From Fimbriosthenelais zetlandica (Eukaryota): DNA of 64,000 nt. The position numbers were made by a program, and so were the translations under genes. Each line of letters starts with the position of its first letter. Position 1 is the stretch's first letter. A model generated the notes under the pieces. It saw nothing but the letters and a program-made list of their open reading frames with translations. It ran no database searches and had not been told where the DNA came from. The DNA is taken from contig OZ365114.1 in assembly GCA_977030845.1 (NCBI GenBank), positions 25,420,001 to 25,484,000 on the forward strand. Reading direction: 5' to 3'. Below, piece by piece: positions 12,681 through 26,299 of the stretch.

Positions 12681-15199
12681 ACTTATATTCTTTCTTTTGT
12701 TCTTGCATGATTATAGAGTCTGGCAAGTGAATGTACCTTTCCATCTGAGAAAGTTGAATAAAAGAATAAAAAGATAAAAGGATTTTTAAGGTTTGATTAA
12801 CTCAGTACAAGTACATGAGGTATCATTGGAAGATTGACTATATTTGATTGTCTCATTAAACCATTCTCCAATCAGTTTTTTTACAATAAAGCCTCTGAAA
12901 TTATTTGAGGGAGTTAATAATATTTGTAATGAAGATATGAGGATATCTCCCTCTCAGGATGATAATGCACTGAACGCACATTTTCGGATGATTACCCCCA
13001 TCCAGAGAAAGCAGACGTGAAGCTAACTTGTCAGCTTCTTTCTCATGGACACTTTTAGCTGCACAGAACTCATCTTGTAGGAGTAGTTTTGTTTACTGCG
13101 TCCCATACGCACTGACAAATCGCTGCGATATTGCTAAATCGTTCCTTAAGTAGCACCACTTGTAGCCACTCTCCCCTCCTCGCTGTCACTCTTCGGGCAC
13201 TTTTATTGAAGACTGTGCCTGCAAGCACAAGCAGAAAGATATCCCGACACACTTGCCGGGAAGCAATTGCCTTCCAAGTATTTGATGCATTGGCTTTCTT
13301 GAGAAATTGCCTTGCTGCACGAACGTGATTTATATAGGAAACTACGTTTCTGCGACTCTTTACATTAGGACTGTTCTTTGTATATATCCTTAAAAAATCT
13401 TGTGGAGAATACTGACCAACCCTTGTAATATGTGTAATCAGTTCATTGTAGAGAACGTCTCATCATGTAGCCATGTAATCATGACTAGACCAATCAGCCA
13501 TGCCCACCCACTGGCCTCCAGATATGTATGCCTGGCTTGTAACCGTTAAGGCAGCGGGGATGAAATACACAGTCTGCAGTACAGTGATACCAGCCTTACT
13601 TTGCCAGGCATATTTATCTCCTTGACAAGGCTCCTCCACTTCTGAGCCCTCTTGTACTGCAGCCCCCCACCCCCTCCTCCTCCTCTCCCCTTCTCTGCTC
13701 GTTCCACCCCTTCCCTCACTAAGCACCCCTTCACCCCAGCCTACACCAGCTAAAATTCAGCCAGCCCAGGAGAGAGGAGTAACAAGATGCTATCAGAATG
13801 CATGCAGTGTTTGGAGGAGGGGCTGAGGATGGCCTCCCCGGCTGATGGGAGCTGGAGGAAAGCTGGTGAATGAGCGAGTCATGCTGGTGAGCCACTCATC
13901 ACCACAGTGCCGCCATCACCTCATACAAGATTTATATCCCGAGTACATTGTCCCAGTATACTCACAAGGCCAAGCTTCTCATAATATATATTCTCCATGT
14001 TTTTATGTCCTCCTGTAGATTTTTCAGAAAAATTCCCAATAATCAAGATATCAACATCACATATTTACAATAATATGCTTACCTTAGTATTAAGTAAGTA
14101 CTGCTAAAATTCATAATTGACATATTACAAATTAAAGATGTATGCGCTTTGATTGTATACTTATGTTTATCGTCGTAAGTAGTACATCATAACATGGATT
14201 GAACCCAGGCACCATTTTCCTAGCATACTGCTATGCACATCCTTCATTTTACCAACTTAGGGACGGCCCAGTGAACAGGAACACCGTGTGCCGGTTCCTG
14301 TGGGGGTATATGCCCCTGACACGCCTTGGTGAATGGAGAATGCCAGTATTTTAGAGCACATGTTGGACTTAGACCTTGTAAATAATGTGACGTGACAGGG
14401 TAATTTCTTACAGAGATTGGGCTCTTACCACTGAAGGAAACCCATCTTGTGGTGTCTTGATTGAATGCATAATGTATCTCAACCTTTTGCTCTACATAGA
14501 GCATATAACTATTATGGATTGTGAAATGAATGCAAGATCTGTCATAATTATTTTGCATTGGGGTTTTAATCTGTGCTTCGCAGTACGTGATTTTATTGAA
14601 CTTAATTGTATATCATGCGTAGTGCAATCTGTTATGAACTGTACAGTTGTAGAACCCAACACGTCTACACAAAAAAAGTGGAGTCTTATGTGTAGAGAGA
14701 ACAGAGTATTGCTGAATACGAGTACATTCGTAGATGATTTGAGTTGAGTAACTAGGAGTGTTGTTCCGTTTGTCTCGTTTCTGTGTATATTGTAATAAGT
14801 AGTAATAGGAGATGGATATCATCAGTAGTCACACTCTCAGTCTGCTATTGACTCACAGCCTTTCCTTCATTCTGTCTGTCATCATCCTTCCCATAGCGTG
14901 TTCCTCAATACCAGATAATCTCTAGGAACTACAGTTGGACTGATAACTAAACTTCAATGGGAAATTTTAACTTTTTTCTCAATGATAATTACAGTGCCAG
15001 CCTCTTACGAAAAAACATGACATCTTCAAATTACAGGCAAAAATTGAAATGTGTTCACTCGCGAAATTCTATAAGGTAATGGCTTATAATTATCCTCTAG
15101 CTTAAAGCCCACAGGGCCTTAATTGATAATTGACTATGTGGACTATGTCTCTGGGATTAATTCAAATGGCTGAATCTGGATCTTTTGTATTTTGTTACC

Positions 15200-15560
15200 A
15201 TCATGTCCTCTACAGAAGTTTTCCTAGTAGCCTTAGCGAATACCAGACTTGATTAAGACTGGGGAGTGTCACTCTGGATGGCTGGAAGAAACGAAATAGA
15301 ATTTGTATTGACAACTTGTCACACTAGATTGTATTTAAGCCAGCAGAAACAATTTCTTGAAAGACACTTCAAAGCAGCAAGCAAAGCAATTTCAGTTGTG
15401 CAATTCTAGACTTGTTTTCGTGTCAAGGTGTTGTAAAAGAAGAGTTTGGGTATTGCAGACGACTGCTGATTGCGAACGACATAAATCGAAAATCAAGTTA
15501 GGGAATTCGCCAGCGCCTTGAGTTTGAGAAAGTAAAAATCTCATTAGAAATTATTAGGTG
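15200..15560 (-). mobile_element. BEL/Pao RNase H region relic
   Basis: DLCRSQSAVVC (~DASxxAYAAVVY) followed by SRIAQLKLLCLLL (~TIPRLELLAALL). Confidence 0.4.
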
Positions 15561-16089
15561 TCTAATATGCCATGAGGCCTGGGTTTTTCTTATTCTTCTA
15601 CTGTCATGTATTGCAGTTTAATGCATTTGATGTTGTGCCATATAACCATATACACATTATTAAGGAGTCCAAGCTGTAATAGACAGTAGAGTTGCTACAT
15701 AATGCTTGAAAGTAAGGAGATAAGTTTCTCCATTCCAGGCAGTCAGAAAGGAGTGGGTTGGAGAAGCTCTTCAGAATATGGTGTTTTCATTGGACCTCTC
15801 CATCCCTCCACACCCACACCCCGCTCACTGGGCATTGTGTGCCAGCTCTCAGCATCCTGATAAGAGAAGCTCAATGTGTCAGACCTGCTCCTCAGTCTTA
15901 TCTCTCCTCCTTGTACAAACACACTTGTTATCCCAAATGCACTGGCCCTGAAAAGATGAGAAGATCAGACTGAGCCTGAAAATGAATATTAGATAGTAAG
16001 CCCCAGGCAAGTTATAATTTGCTGAAGGATTTGTCAGGGCATGCCTGAACTGCTATACAGAATGCCAGAGAAAATGACATTGCTACGAA

Positions 16090-16600
16090 TAATAATTGAA
16101 ATTAAGAAAATCTGGCAGAAGATGGGATGAGGCAGCTCCTTTCTGTATCCTGCTTATTATGTTGAGGGGAAATGTTCCCTTACTTTTACATCACCTGATG
16201 ACTAATTGCACATTAACATTGCATTCTGTTGGCTTCTTTATTGATGAAACAACTTTTTATTCTAACAAAGGAGTACAATCTTTTGCACCTAGCTTTAATA
16301 CAACTTATTTTCTCTTTTCAGGTAAGTAAAAAATACAACAATTATCTCCTGAAAGAACATTATGTGAGTATGGCATATTTCATTTTTGCTAAGGAACAGC
16401 TGAGCACATGTATAAGACACTGACTTCACAAAGGCTGGTAAAGTCATTTGCAGAATTTCCTTTCTGGACTTTGATGTAAATGAAAGGATTATCATTGCCA
16501 TTTAATAGCAAGGAGAAAAAGACAGATTAAGTCATTAAACAAGACAATTACAGTTGCTGCTTCATACAGCGGAACAATGCGTAAACTTAAAATAGAACCA
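16090..16600 (+). mobile_element. Possible BEL/Pao RNase H relic
   Basis: LRKSGRRWDEAAP (~LWKxGLDWDEPLP), FIFAK (~FVMAK), FLWTL (~FWTDS). Motif spacing is longer than typical and the interval contains the candidate recursive splice site. Confidence 0.3.
16300..16369 (+). other. Candidate recursive splice site (3'ss/5'ss juxtaposed) with putative 42-nt RS-exon
   Basis: acttattttctcttttCAG|GTAAGT with AG at 16320-16321 and GT at 16322. Upstream CTAAC at ~16262. A downstream donor TAT|GTGAGT at 16364 defines 16322-16363 (42 nt). Same strand as EXT1, inside its long intron. Confidence 0.55.
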
Positions 16601-17199
16601 TTTGTTTCAAAACCCAAAGGTTGCTTCTGTTCCGAGTCTTATTTGTCCTGGCTGAGAAAATGACAGATGTTGATTGTCCTGCATAGTCGCCAGCACCTTG
16701 CTTCTATTATCCGTTAAATAAAGCATCTTTGTTGTAATTATTCATCAGCTTTATAGGAGTAATATATATATCTTCAACGCCCACCTCAATGGATTTGTTT
16801 AGCTTAGCCTGATTCCTATACCTGATCCATCACCTCTCGTCTTTGTTGGCTTTTCTGATTTATTCGTCAGGATTATATATCCCATGATGAATATCTGTGA
16901 CGCGATGAAATGAGCGAAAAGCATTAAAACATCTATATTTTTTCTTGGCTGTTCTTCTCCTTCGATCTGTTTTGTCAGAGAAGAAATGGGATGGTGGAGA
17001 GATGAGATGGACTTACTATAAGTCTTCCTTCTCCTGGCTATTCCCTGCTGGTATACGTTCTCTAGAGAGACCAAGAGAGACCTCACAAACATCTAGTCAG
17101 TCAAAATGAGGGACTCCCCCGCTCCGTCATGATTGATTGCCTTGTCTGATTGGCAGATAATCTTTGTGGACCTTTGCATATGTGAAATAGAGAGAGCCA

Positions 17200-17500
17200 C
17201 TTCGTGCTTCTGAGTTTCTTTCACTCCCCTGTTTTGCCAATTTCTTGTAGCTTTTTTGGGTGGAAGTCAGCCCTCTGCACTTTAAACGTCCCTTCCTCCT
17301 GCATACAGACGAGCAGTTTAGCGTCTGTTGAGGAAAATCTCTAACCCTCATGTATTGACTTCTCAGAGGTTGCTCTTTGTGGATGTGCTGATTCCTACCA
17401 GGCAGGCCTCTCTTCCTGCCCTGTTGGCTAGCACCGGGAGGAAACACCGTAAAGCATTGGAGTGGTGGTGATAATTTCACTCGCGTGCTTCATCCCATTC
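17200..17500 (+). mobile_element. Gypsy RT/RNase H relic
   Basis: RPFLLHTD at 17287-17310 (~RPFILHTDAS), followed by TSQRLL (~YASRKL). Confidence 0.4.
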
Positions 17501-18699
17501 ATCAGCGCCTGCCAGAGAGAAGGGACTTAGACTGGTGTGATGGCTGACAGCCTGCTAATCCTCTGTCCCGTCTTAGGGTCACCCACCCCTACACATCACC
17601 CGTCACCAGGACCCGGACATACCTCCAGGCCCTCCACCAGTGCGGCGTGTAGACTCTTCCCACTACCAGAGTGTGCCACCCTGTCTTCACTGAGGTCAGA
17701 ATAGCTTGATAGGCATATACTGCACAATAGTAACTGAAAATCATGTTCTCCACCAATGACCAATATTTTATTACAATCACTGGTCCTATCGGGTACTAAT
17801 TTATACCAAATCTTCAGCTCACAATACTTTTTGTCTGTGAAAACTGCAGAGATGGTCACTTGCCTGAGGAATTTGGGAACATGAACCCTTAGGGCTTCAA
17901 TTCTCCGGTTCAAAAATCAATAGGATTCCTTTAGATCTCATTTGCTCAGCCATTGACCTACATCCACCTGTCTGCTTCTAAGATGTCTCCCTCCGGACAA
18001 CATTAAAGATGCGATAATTATTTGTTCCGGGACCTAAGCCGCAACCTGTCCCCATCAGGCTGAGTTGCCTGTCAGAAATCCTTCGATCCACTTTGATGTT
18101 CTCGTGAAGATCCATCACTATGGCCGGCCAGGAGGGGTGTGGACGGGACTGGTGGCCGATAACAGGCCGATGATGGCGGGATGGAACCAGGGTGTGTAAA
18201 CAAGGATATGTTTGATCAGAATATAAGAAGGGCCGAGCCGTCTCTTGTTAATTAATCAACCCTATAACTACTGACCTGTGTTGCCTATTAACTTCTGCTC
18301 TAAACCTTTGGCACTTCCTATTATTGGGTAGCTCCACTGGGTTCTATTGCCTTGCAAGTGTTACGTTTTAATTGCGGCTAGCCCAATTGACTAACTTGCC
18401 TTAGGCCTCAACTGCCATATCAGTCGCAAATCGAGTACAATTTAGGCACCCTTGCAGATGGAAAGCCCCTGCTAATGCAGTTACATTTGCAGCAGAAAGT
18501 ATAGTTGAGTTACCCTATTGACCTTGGCCCCATAAGTTGCTGCATGTTTGAGGCTGTGGTAACCAAGCCTTTTATTCGAGGATATACTGCCTATATCTGT
18601 ACAGGATCAGTGATGTCATCTGTCAGGGTCAGTAAAGAGAGTATAAATAGCTGTGTACCATCTTACAAACTATTCCGTTAGGCCTATTCTTAGCACATC

Positions 18700-19450
18700 A
18701 AACTTTCTTTCATGATTAAATATAATCACCGAATTCACAGAAACCTTAATGGGTCTCTATAGAATACCCACTCAGTACACCAGTGATCATCTAAAGACAG
18801 TCAATACACGAGTCTCTCATGTATTTTGCTATAAAAGAATTTGCTTTACAAAGCACATTGTGTGGATCTATATTCCATTAGCCATTCCCTCTTCAGTGTT
18901 TGCATCAATGCTATTTTCCTGTGTACCACCCTGGTCTAAATGGCTGAAGAAAAAGGCAATATTTAAAGCCTTGAATGAATGGTGAATCCTCAGATCAGCG
19001 AGTCTATTTCAAGTGACTGATGATGAGGAGTTGACCTTGGAAGGGATGCCCTGGGGCTCATGAACTTGACTGAAAGAGAATGAGGATTTTCAACATTGTT
19101 ATTTGACACAAAGCAGCAGGGGGCTAGGTCATTTTTTCCCCTCCACCACATGATTCCCTCACCAAAGAGTGCGGGACCCCACAAGCCAAAAGCAATATGA
19201 TGTGATGGAAAATGTACAAGATTTAAGAGACCCAATTGGTGAGGCTGATGGAAATGTAATGTGTATTTGTGTCCAGGGGATTGGGGCCATAACTTGAGTA
19301 GAACAAATACGACGGTAGAGAATATTACAGTGAGACACACTCCAGAAATGGATATTATGGGATGGAGAAGAAATAGCTGACACATTGATGCAAGTATTTT
19401 CCAGTAGGCTGCGCTTCAATGGCCCGGGCCAGTGGTAGGCTGTCATTGGC
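18700..19450 (-). mobile_element. Gypsy integrase relic
   Basis: GIPSKVNSSSS (~GIPxxIxSDxG) at 19018-19052, LNIAFFFSHLDQGG (~LGIxxxxTxPYHPQTNG) and a later FYRDPL (~GRxVRGPL). Confidence 0.4.
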
Positions 19451-21149
19451 CTCTCCAAGGAAACCTTTCAAGTCACAGAAAGTAGCTTTACCTGTCAGGC
19501 CCATCGACAAGCACTCGTTGCAAATGGTTTCCATGGCATATTGTGCTTGCTTGTTTCAGCAAAAACGTGCATACACCAACCCACGTGAAAGGGGTGCTCG
19601 TGGTAACAATGGCTTATGATTTTGCCCGATGAATATTATTTCAGAAATAAACGACGTCTGATACTTTCTTTATTGGACAATAGTCAATCAATAGCATGCG
19701 AGTCTGTTAGCATTATGATATTTAGTGCTCGCACTGACTGCAATATTAGACCCATTCATGAACGTTTCAAGCTAACCCCCTTACCCTGCTGGTCACATTC
19801 CTGGCTGTGATATCTTACTTCAGCCAGTCATCAACACAGACAGGGCCATATCAGTGCACACAAGCACCCGTCTCTGTGCCCTGACTTGTTGGCAAACTTT
19901 CCTCCCAAGAAATAAGCCCTCGATAGGTCTTTCATAACGGCGGTATTGATATCACTGGCAGCACGAAGATTTCCCGCCTCCCCCAGACTCCGGCCGAGCA
20001 TTGATTATCATAAATGAAAGGCCGGCAGGAGGTATTTGGTGCTGGACTGATGTTGGTCTTCTTCATCACAAGACTCTATCCCTCCCCCATGATTTAGGAC
20101 CGTGGAGAAGTGATATGGGCAGTTATTCCAATGTTCCCTTTTTACTGCCAACTGCTTGATGAAGTGATGCATTATGCTGGCTTGAAATCATATCTCTTCT
20201 CCGGGATAACGAAAGCGATACCTCCCTGTTTGCATGGGATACACGAAACTGATGAATTGATAAAACATTTCTCTGAATGGCTTACTAGGAAAAAGAGCTG
20301 GGCTTAATGTTAGGCTGCGGATATCTGCACTACCTGTTGGTGCGGCGAGTCAAGATAAGTCCGGGATTGCTGGCCATTATGACGTCACGTGGCTATGATA
20401 ACCGTGTACGGCAATAACACCATTGGCCATAATCCATGCTGTCTATCAATACTGATAATTCCTGATTCCCTCTCAGTCCACAAGTTTGCTGGCTCCAAAC
20501 GGAATTAAGGGGACTTGGGGTGGAGACACAGCTGGGCTCAGGGTAGGAGGAAGCCTTATTGAGTGCTTCTGACAATTGCCATCATGTGGAATCAGACCTG
20601 ACATTGGCCAGGCTCAGTAAACATCAATGGCAATGAAGGGGAAAAACCTAACGGCTCAGATACAGGCCATAATGCCTGCAGAGGTAGGCCCAGGCAAGGC
20701 TCAAGTACTCACCGGGGATCTGTGATTTTTGTGTTATGCAGTATGGGATATCCCCAGAACAGGTCCCTCTATAAGTTACACTGAGTACCCAACTGTCAGA
20801 GTGCTTCTTCCTCATGTAAACAGATATTTACTTAAGAAATGACAAATTCTGCAAACTGAATGGTTGACTCATTCAGTATAGAATAATGAGGTTCCTCACT
20901 TTTACTCTTATTTACAAAGTAAACTGTGATTGACAAGGAAAGTACCTTGAAAACATTTTCTTCAGATAGTGGTCAACTCAGTATGCAGGCCACTGCTCAT
21001 GCATTTTCATTTTATTCAAATATAGTGCACAGGGTGGACATATATAATATATATGGGATATTCCTGACAGTAATATCCACAAGTAACAGATTCATATATA
21101 AAGCATAGGCAATTATACATTCTTCTACTGGTCATATGGTTATCTTCAC

Positions 21150-21650
21150 ATATCGCATGAATCTATCCAAATACTGATGAGCATTTTCTCATAAAATCTC
21201 TAGTACTCTGCCTATCAAGATAAGTTTTTTACATAGGATTGTGATAATCCTCATGTCCAACCTAATCGCCAAGCTTGCCTGACAATATGACTCCTTCCCG
21301 GCATCCTTGCCATCTTCCATATAGCCCAGCCTCTTATAGTTTGTCTCCAAGGTAACCTGAGCTCATTGCAAGCTAGGCGAGCCAGGGACGAATGATAATG
21401 TAATTGACAGGCGCTATAGATCATTTGCAGGAGAGAGTAATAAATTGGATCTCATATGAAGAAGCTTAAATCGCAAAATGTTTTGCAGTCCTGGAAGCCA
21501 AGAAGTGTAGGGAAACGTGACTTGATAGGAGCGACCAGTTATATCTTATCATGAGTGGCATTCCCATTTATTGATTATGAATATTGTCTCCTCACAGTCT
21601 CCAGACTCCTAGCAACCATTCCGTAAGAAGCGATATTGCTGCTCTAGAAG
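21150..21650 (-). mobile_element. Gypsy RT/RNase H relic
   Basis: PTLLGFQDCKTF (~SFLGLxxYYRRF) followed by ETNYKRLGYMEDGK...CQASL (~ETDASxxGLGAVL...YASR). Confidence 0.4.
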
Positions 21651-22259
21651 CAGCCTTGAGCAGATCTCATAAAAAATAGTTGATGGGAAATACACAATAT
21701 ATACAGCTGGTTTAATTCTTTTTAAATGTCAGAAAGTTGGATGATCCTAATAGGACGGTTTGGATAACAATGTGTTCTACAAAGCGTTCAGCATTGTCTC
21801 ACGCCCTAAAGAGTTTATCAACCTACCCCAGAGACCTGTTTACTGTCAGGAGGTGGAGATGGGGTAAAGGGCAAAGTGTTAAGCTACCAAGATGGTAATC
21901 ACCTGCCTTTATATTACCCATCAAGTCATGCCCACCACTGATTAACCTCTGTGGCCGGCTCCAACCACCTTATAAGGCAACCAACTCCTTACTGTGGGCG
22001 CTGAACATTATATCCTGCTGATGGTGTAGTTTCCATATTTGTTGATATTTTATATTAGTTTGATTCTATATGAGATAGGATTTCGAGTTGCTCATTTCTG
22101 TGTTAAGACAATCTTTATACATAACATGGTCTTCAAAGCCCAAACCGAGGCGTAAATAATGAATTTTAGCATCAAATGCAGGTAGGTGGTAAGTGGATTT
22201 AGTGAGGTTGAATATCTGGTTAGTCCATACTCAGATCTTGTCAATGTGCCGTTAGCCAG

Positions 22260-22950
22260 CCCTTTGTGAGAGAAACGGGCCGTGGGTGGGCTTGCTGGCT
22301 GATCCCCCACATCAAAGGTGTGGCCAATAAAGAAGGTAAGTGGTTTCACAAATCGCCTTGCAAGTCGCTTGCCTGTTACTTGCCATGGTGGAGCATGAGA
22401 CCAGTGGCCATGCTGCCACGCCAAGGTGTCTCTATACACCCACGTCCTGTCTAGGAGATTTACTCCCACCTCTTTTACTCCCCCATCACTTCTTGAGGAA
22501 TCTAAATCACCAGCCACTACTCACTTTGTTTCTTGGAGGTTGAAAAACATAGTTGAAGGGGCCTGGTGATGTGTCAGGCTCAACACTACCAGACCCTCCT
22601 TTCAGGCAACGGACGCTCTCGGCTAACTTATGCAATAAGTCCGATATTGGCGTTTTCACCAGCAATTGTAACGTGGTGGCAGTTCAGGGGACATAGCGTA
22701 CATATTGCCACCTTTGTGGCAGGTCGCTCGCAAATTGCCTCACATATGCTTGACAGGTAAGACTTTTGCTGTGGCATTCTGACGTTGACAGATGAAAGTC
22801 CAACTCTCACCCATTTAGGAGGCAATCTCCTTCTGGCCTCTGGGCTTACAGTAGAGGAACCATTGGCGCTGAGACCAATACTAATGTGAGAACTTCTACC
22901 AGGCTCCCGGTCTGCATGCCACTATATGCTTAAACCTGCTACAGAACTGG
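22260..22950 (+). mobile_element. Gypsy reverse transcriptase relic
   Basis: WACWLIPHIKGVANKEGKW (~PWASPIVLVxKKDGKW), MLPR (~PLPR), GLVMCQAQHYQ (~GLxNAPATFQ) and KSDIGVF (~YLDDIIVF), in order. Confidence 0.5.
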
Positions 22951-23049
22951 CATTTAGAGCAATGAGCGCCAGAACCCCTTGTCACATTGCTGGCCTTCCA
23001 TATAATTGATGAATTGAAACAGTATTGTTAGATGGGAAAATGTTTCAGG

Positions 23050-23480
23050 GACCAACTGCTGCTACTTCCTGCAACTGGTGCTATACAGAAATCAGGAACA
23101 TTCATGCAAAACACGTATTTATTCTGTTTCGTCAAGTCTTTACAGAAAAAACAAGAACATGACATCCAGGAAATGGGGCTCACCAGTCAATGGCCTCTAA
23201 CCACTGATCAGTATTATTTCGCCACTTCCCCGCTGGCCTCCCATTTTCTCTATGGTCAATCTATATGCAACGTGTGAGGCTTGAACATGTCAGTGGTCAA
23301 TTCTCTTGTCCACTTCTCCTGGCGCCCCTCACAACACACCTGTGCTCGCCGTTACGTGGTGGGAATGCCAACTGTTATTGTCCTTTTAGTACAGCTTTTC
23401 TTTCTGGACATTTTTATATCTCATCCAGGCACTTCCTCATGCCTCACACCGTATGCGAGTAGTGTACCGCACAAGGCCAT
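23050..23480 (-). mobile_element. Relic of a non-retroviral rve-type integrase/transposase
   Basis: Minus-strand NNSWHSHH (~PNSLWHxDGHH), GAPGEVDKR (~GxIDGxSR), IDHREN (~RxDxGxEN) and RGSGEIILISG (~RGxxRxSxIxG), in order. Confidence 0.4.
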
Positions 23481-26299
23481 TTCATCAGGATTTACATCAC
23501 TCCTGCTGAGTAGTATATAGAAAGATGACTCCTTGTAACGTTTCATAATCTGAAGCTATTAGACTAATGCCAGAATTTTCATCAGCTAATAGAATCTTTC
23601 CAACTGCAAACCTAAATAAAGTTTTGACAGGTGGAGCTATGGAGGCAATAAATAGTTTCACATGAATGGGGTGAGCTCGCAATGAGCATGGAAGATGTTC
23701 CTATTCAGAGCTATAAAGGTAAAAAGAATTTTCCCCAAGTTCGTATGCCTGAAGGTGTTAAACACTAGCGTATTATCCAAAGCCTATATGAATTGCATTC
23801 TGAAATAAAGCTGGGCACACGGCACATAAAAAGGACAATGTATTAGGTCCCGGAGGAGTCGTGCTCCGCCAACAGACAGCCTCATCCATGACGCTGGTCT
23901 ATTCTCAGACCTGTTTTACGACCCTCTCAAACCTCCAGTCTCGCCATTCAGGTGACAATCAAAGTGGAAGTGGCTTGTTTGGAAGAGCTACTAAAGTGAA
24001 AAGCGTGAGATTGCACACTTTTGTACCAGAATATCACTTGTTTCAGCGACGTGTTGAAAGGGTCAATGTTTTCCTTCGACAGTCCTTGAGATTGTCAAAC
24101 CGAGGCAAAATAACATGGTGGGGAATTCTATAATACTCCATATTGAGTGCAAGATTGTTATTTCTGCGCTTCAGATTCCATCGTGCATGGTTCTTCAGAC
24201 ATCATTTGTGAGGCCTTGTTATTTTTCATATAGATCGATCTGTTTAATGAGAATCTATCTCTACAGTAAGAATGTTTAGAGTGCCATGCACCTATACTAC
24301 TGTAGCAGTCTAATATCATGGATGTCCGTTGAGAGGTCTTCTATCTCTTGCAAATGAGAACTGGCCATCCCACCCTCCGTCCAGATAGCTACATTATTCC
24401 GCCTGCCACGCTTCCATCTTGCTTCATCTGATGAGGGACGAATGTAATTTCTCTGTAGGGAAAATGATAGGTCGAGCCCAGGCATGTTCCTGGTTATACA
24501 GTGATTGGTTCTCCAGGTGTAGCAAGCCTAGAGGAGGACCCTGACCGCCTGGAGATTAGAGATAGGATGCTATCAGTCCCCTCCAGGGCGTCAACCGGAA
24601 TCTGGTGACACACAGGTTGTTGGGAATCTGAAGCTGGCCGGAAGGAAGATGGTAGTCGCCCTACTCAAGGCCAGTAAGCCTTACTCTATGACCACCACCA
24701 CCTTACAAATGAAAACCTGTACATGTCTGAGAAATAGTTGGTGAAGTGGGTTGGAATGTTTCTGGTGAATGTTTCTCTGGGAAATATGCAGGTGGGTGGT
24801 TCTGCAGAATGTAATTAATAAAGTCTGCGCGTCTGGTTCCTAAAGAAATGACAGCCATCAAATTCCTGCTACAGATCTGACAGGATGTCATCCATCCAAT
24901 TTATTAGAATGAGATTGAAACTATGAGAATGAAGATAGAAACGAAGAGAATTAGATTGAATTAGATTTACATTAATTCAATATTTCGAAGTGGATTAATG
25001 TTGTAAAGGACTAACATCTCGCAACATACATTTGTGTTTATGGTCAACCTTTGTTTATGGTCAACCTTTCCACTAACACATTAGAGAAGAAGATGGTTCG
25101 AAAGTGGCTAGCGTGATGCGCTAAACAAGCGCCTGTGTATAAAGCCTTTTGGGCTATTATAGATAAGAGACGGTCCAGTGCTCCCCCTGACGTGTTGTTA
25201 AAGATTATCAGCCTTGTCTGTATTACCTCGCTGTCTGTGTTCTTTAATCCTTGAATTGGGTAAAAGCAGACGCAAGCATTGACCTTGTATTTATAATGGC
25301 TTTGGTAGTCCTCCATTATGGGAGACTTGTTTCCTGATAAGTGTGGGTGAATTGAGAACAAAGGCGTTGGATATTTAAACAATAATGATGGAGCTGTATT
25401 GCTCACTGGTGTGTTAGGTCAATAGTCTGAGGTTAGCCTTACTCTAGCTGATATGGCGTTAAATCTGTCCATTTAATTATTCATTCTGTGCACAGAATAT
25501 ACCATGATTTATAACATTTTGAATCTGGACAAGTTTAGTAAGGGAATGAGGAACACTCAGACAGTGTCAGAGATCTCTCTCCTCACTGCCCTGCTCATTT
25601 TCCTTACAGAAAGATAAGCAGTGTTGCTCTTGCCCCTATACCAATCAACGCAGTCAGTTGGGAAATCGGTCCATAGCTGACTAGCGTGCTGAGAGTCCCT
25701 CTACAGAATGAGAAGAGTCTGTGGCCACATTACCTTTTGCCTTCAAATCACTCCTCGTTGAAATGGCAGCATCTACTTTGCCTTCTCCCTCGTTCCATTA
25801 TCCGTGGAAGGCCTGACGAGTGGCACCTGTACATGGCCTACTCAATCTTCCTCCCTCTCTGCTCTTTTATGTTTTATGGACGGTTGAAACTGGTTCTGAT
25901 TAGTGCGTTGAAAAATAATTTCTTTTTAAATGTGTTTTAAGAGTTTTAAGAGTTGCTGGCTGGTTGCAGATGTTTTCCTTGCTAATTGAAGGGATAAAAC
26001 TTGCAGTATATTTACCCGGTTGTCGTACTGTTATCTCATAATTTAACTCCTTTTACCCACAGAAACCTGTTTTAGGTTTAGTCAGAAGGCTTCGTGACTA
26101 CGCAAGCCAACTGTGCGGAGGGGCAACTGGTCTTTTTTTGGAAAGGTTTAATTGGAGCCAGACCTTTAGTTTTATCCAAACCATTCCCCAGCTCTGTTCA
26201 AAGTCACAGGTCATTTCTGACAGACATACATTCTAGCTGCGGCACACAAAAAGTGCCTTTTGTTCTATCGATTTGTGTCTGCTTGGCAAGTGGTCTTTG

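Noticed and set aside
13000-13350. Possible tyrosine recombinase or DIRS gag Cys/His cluster (CIKYLEGNC...ACACRH..KCP, minus strand)
   Set aside because: Two different frames give two different weak resemblances; not enough for a call.
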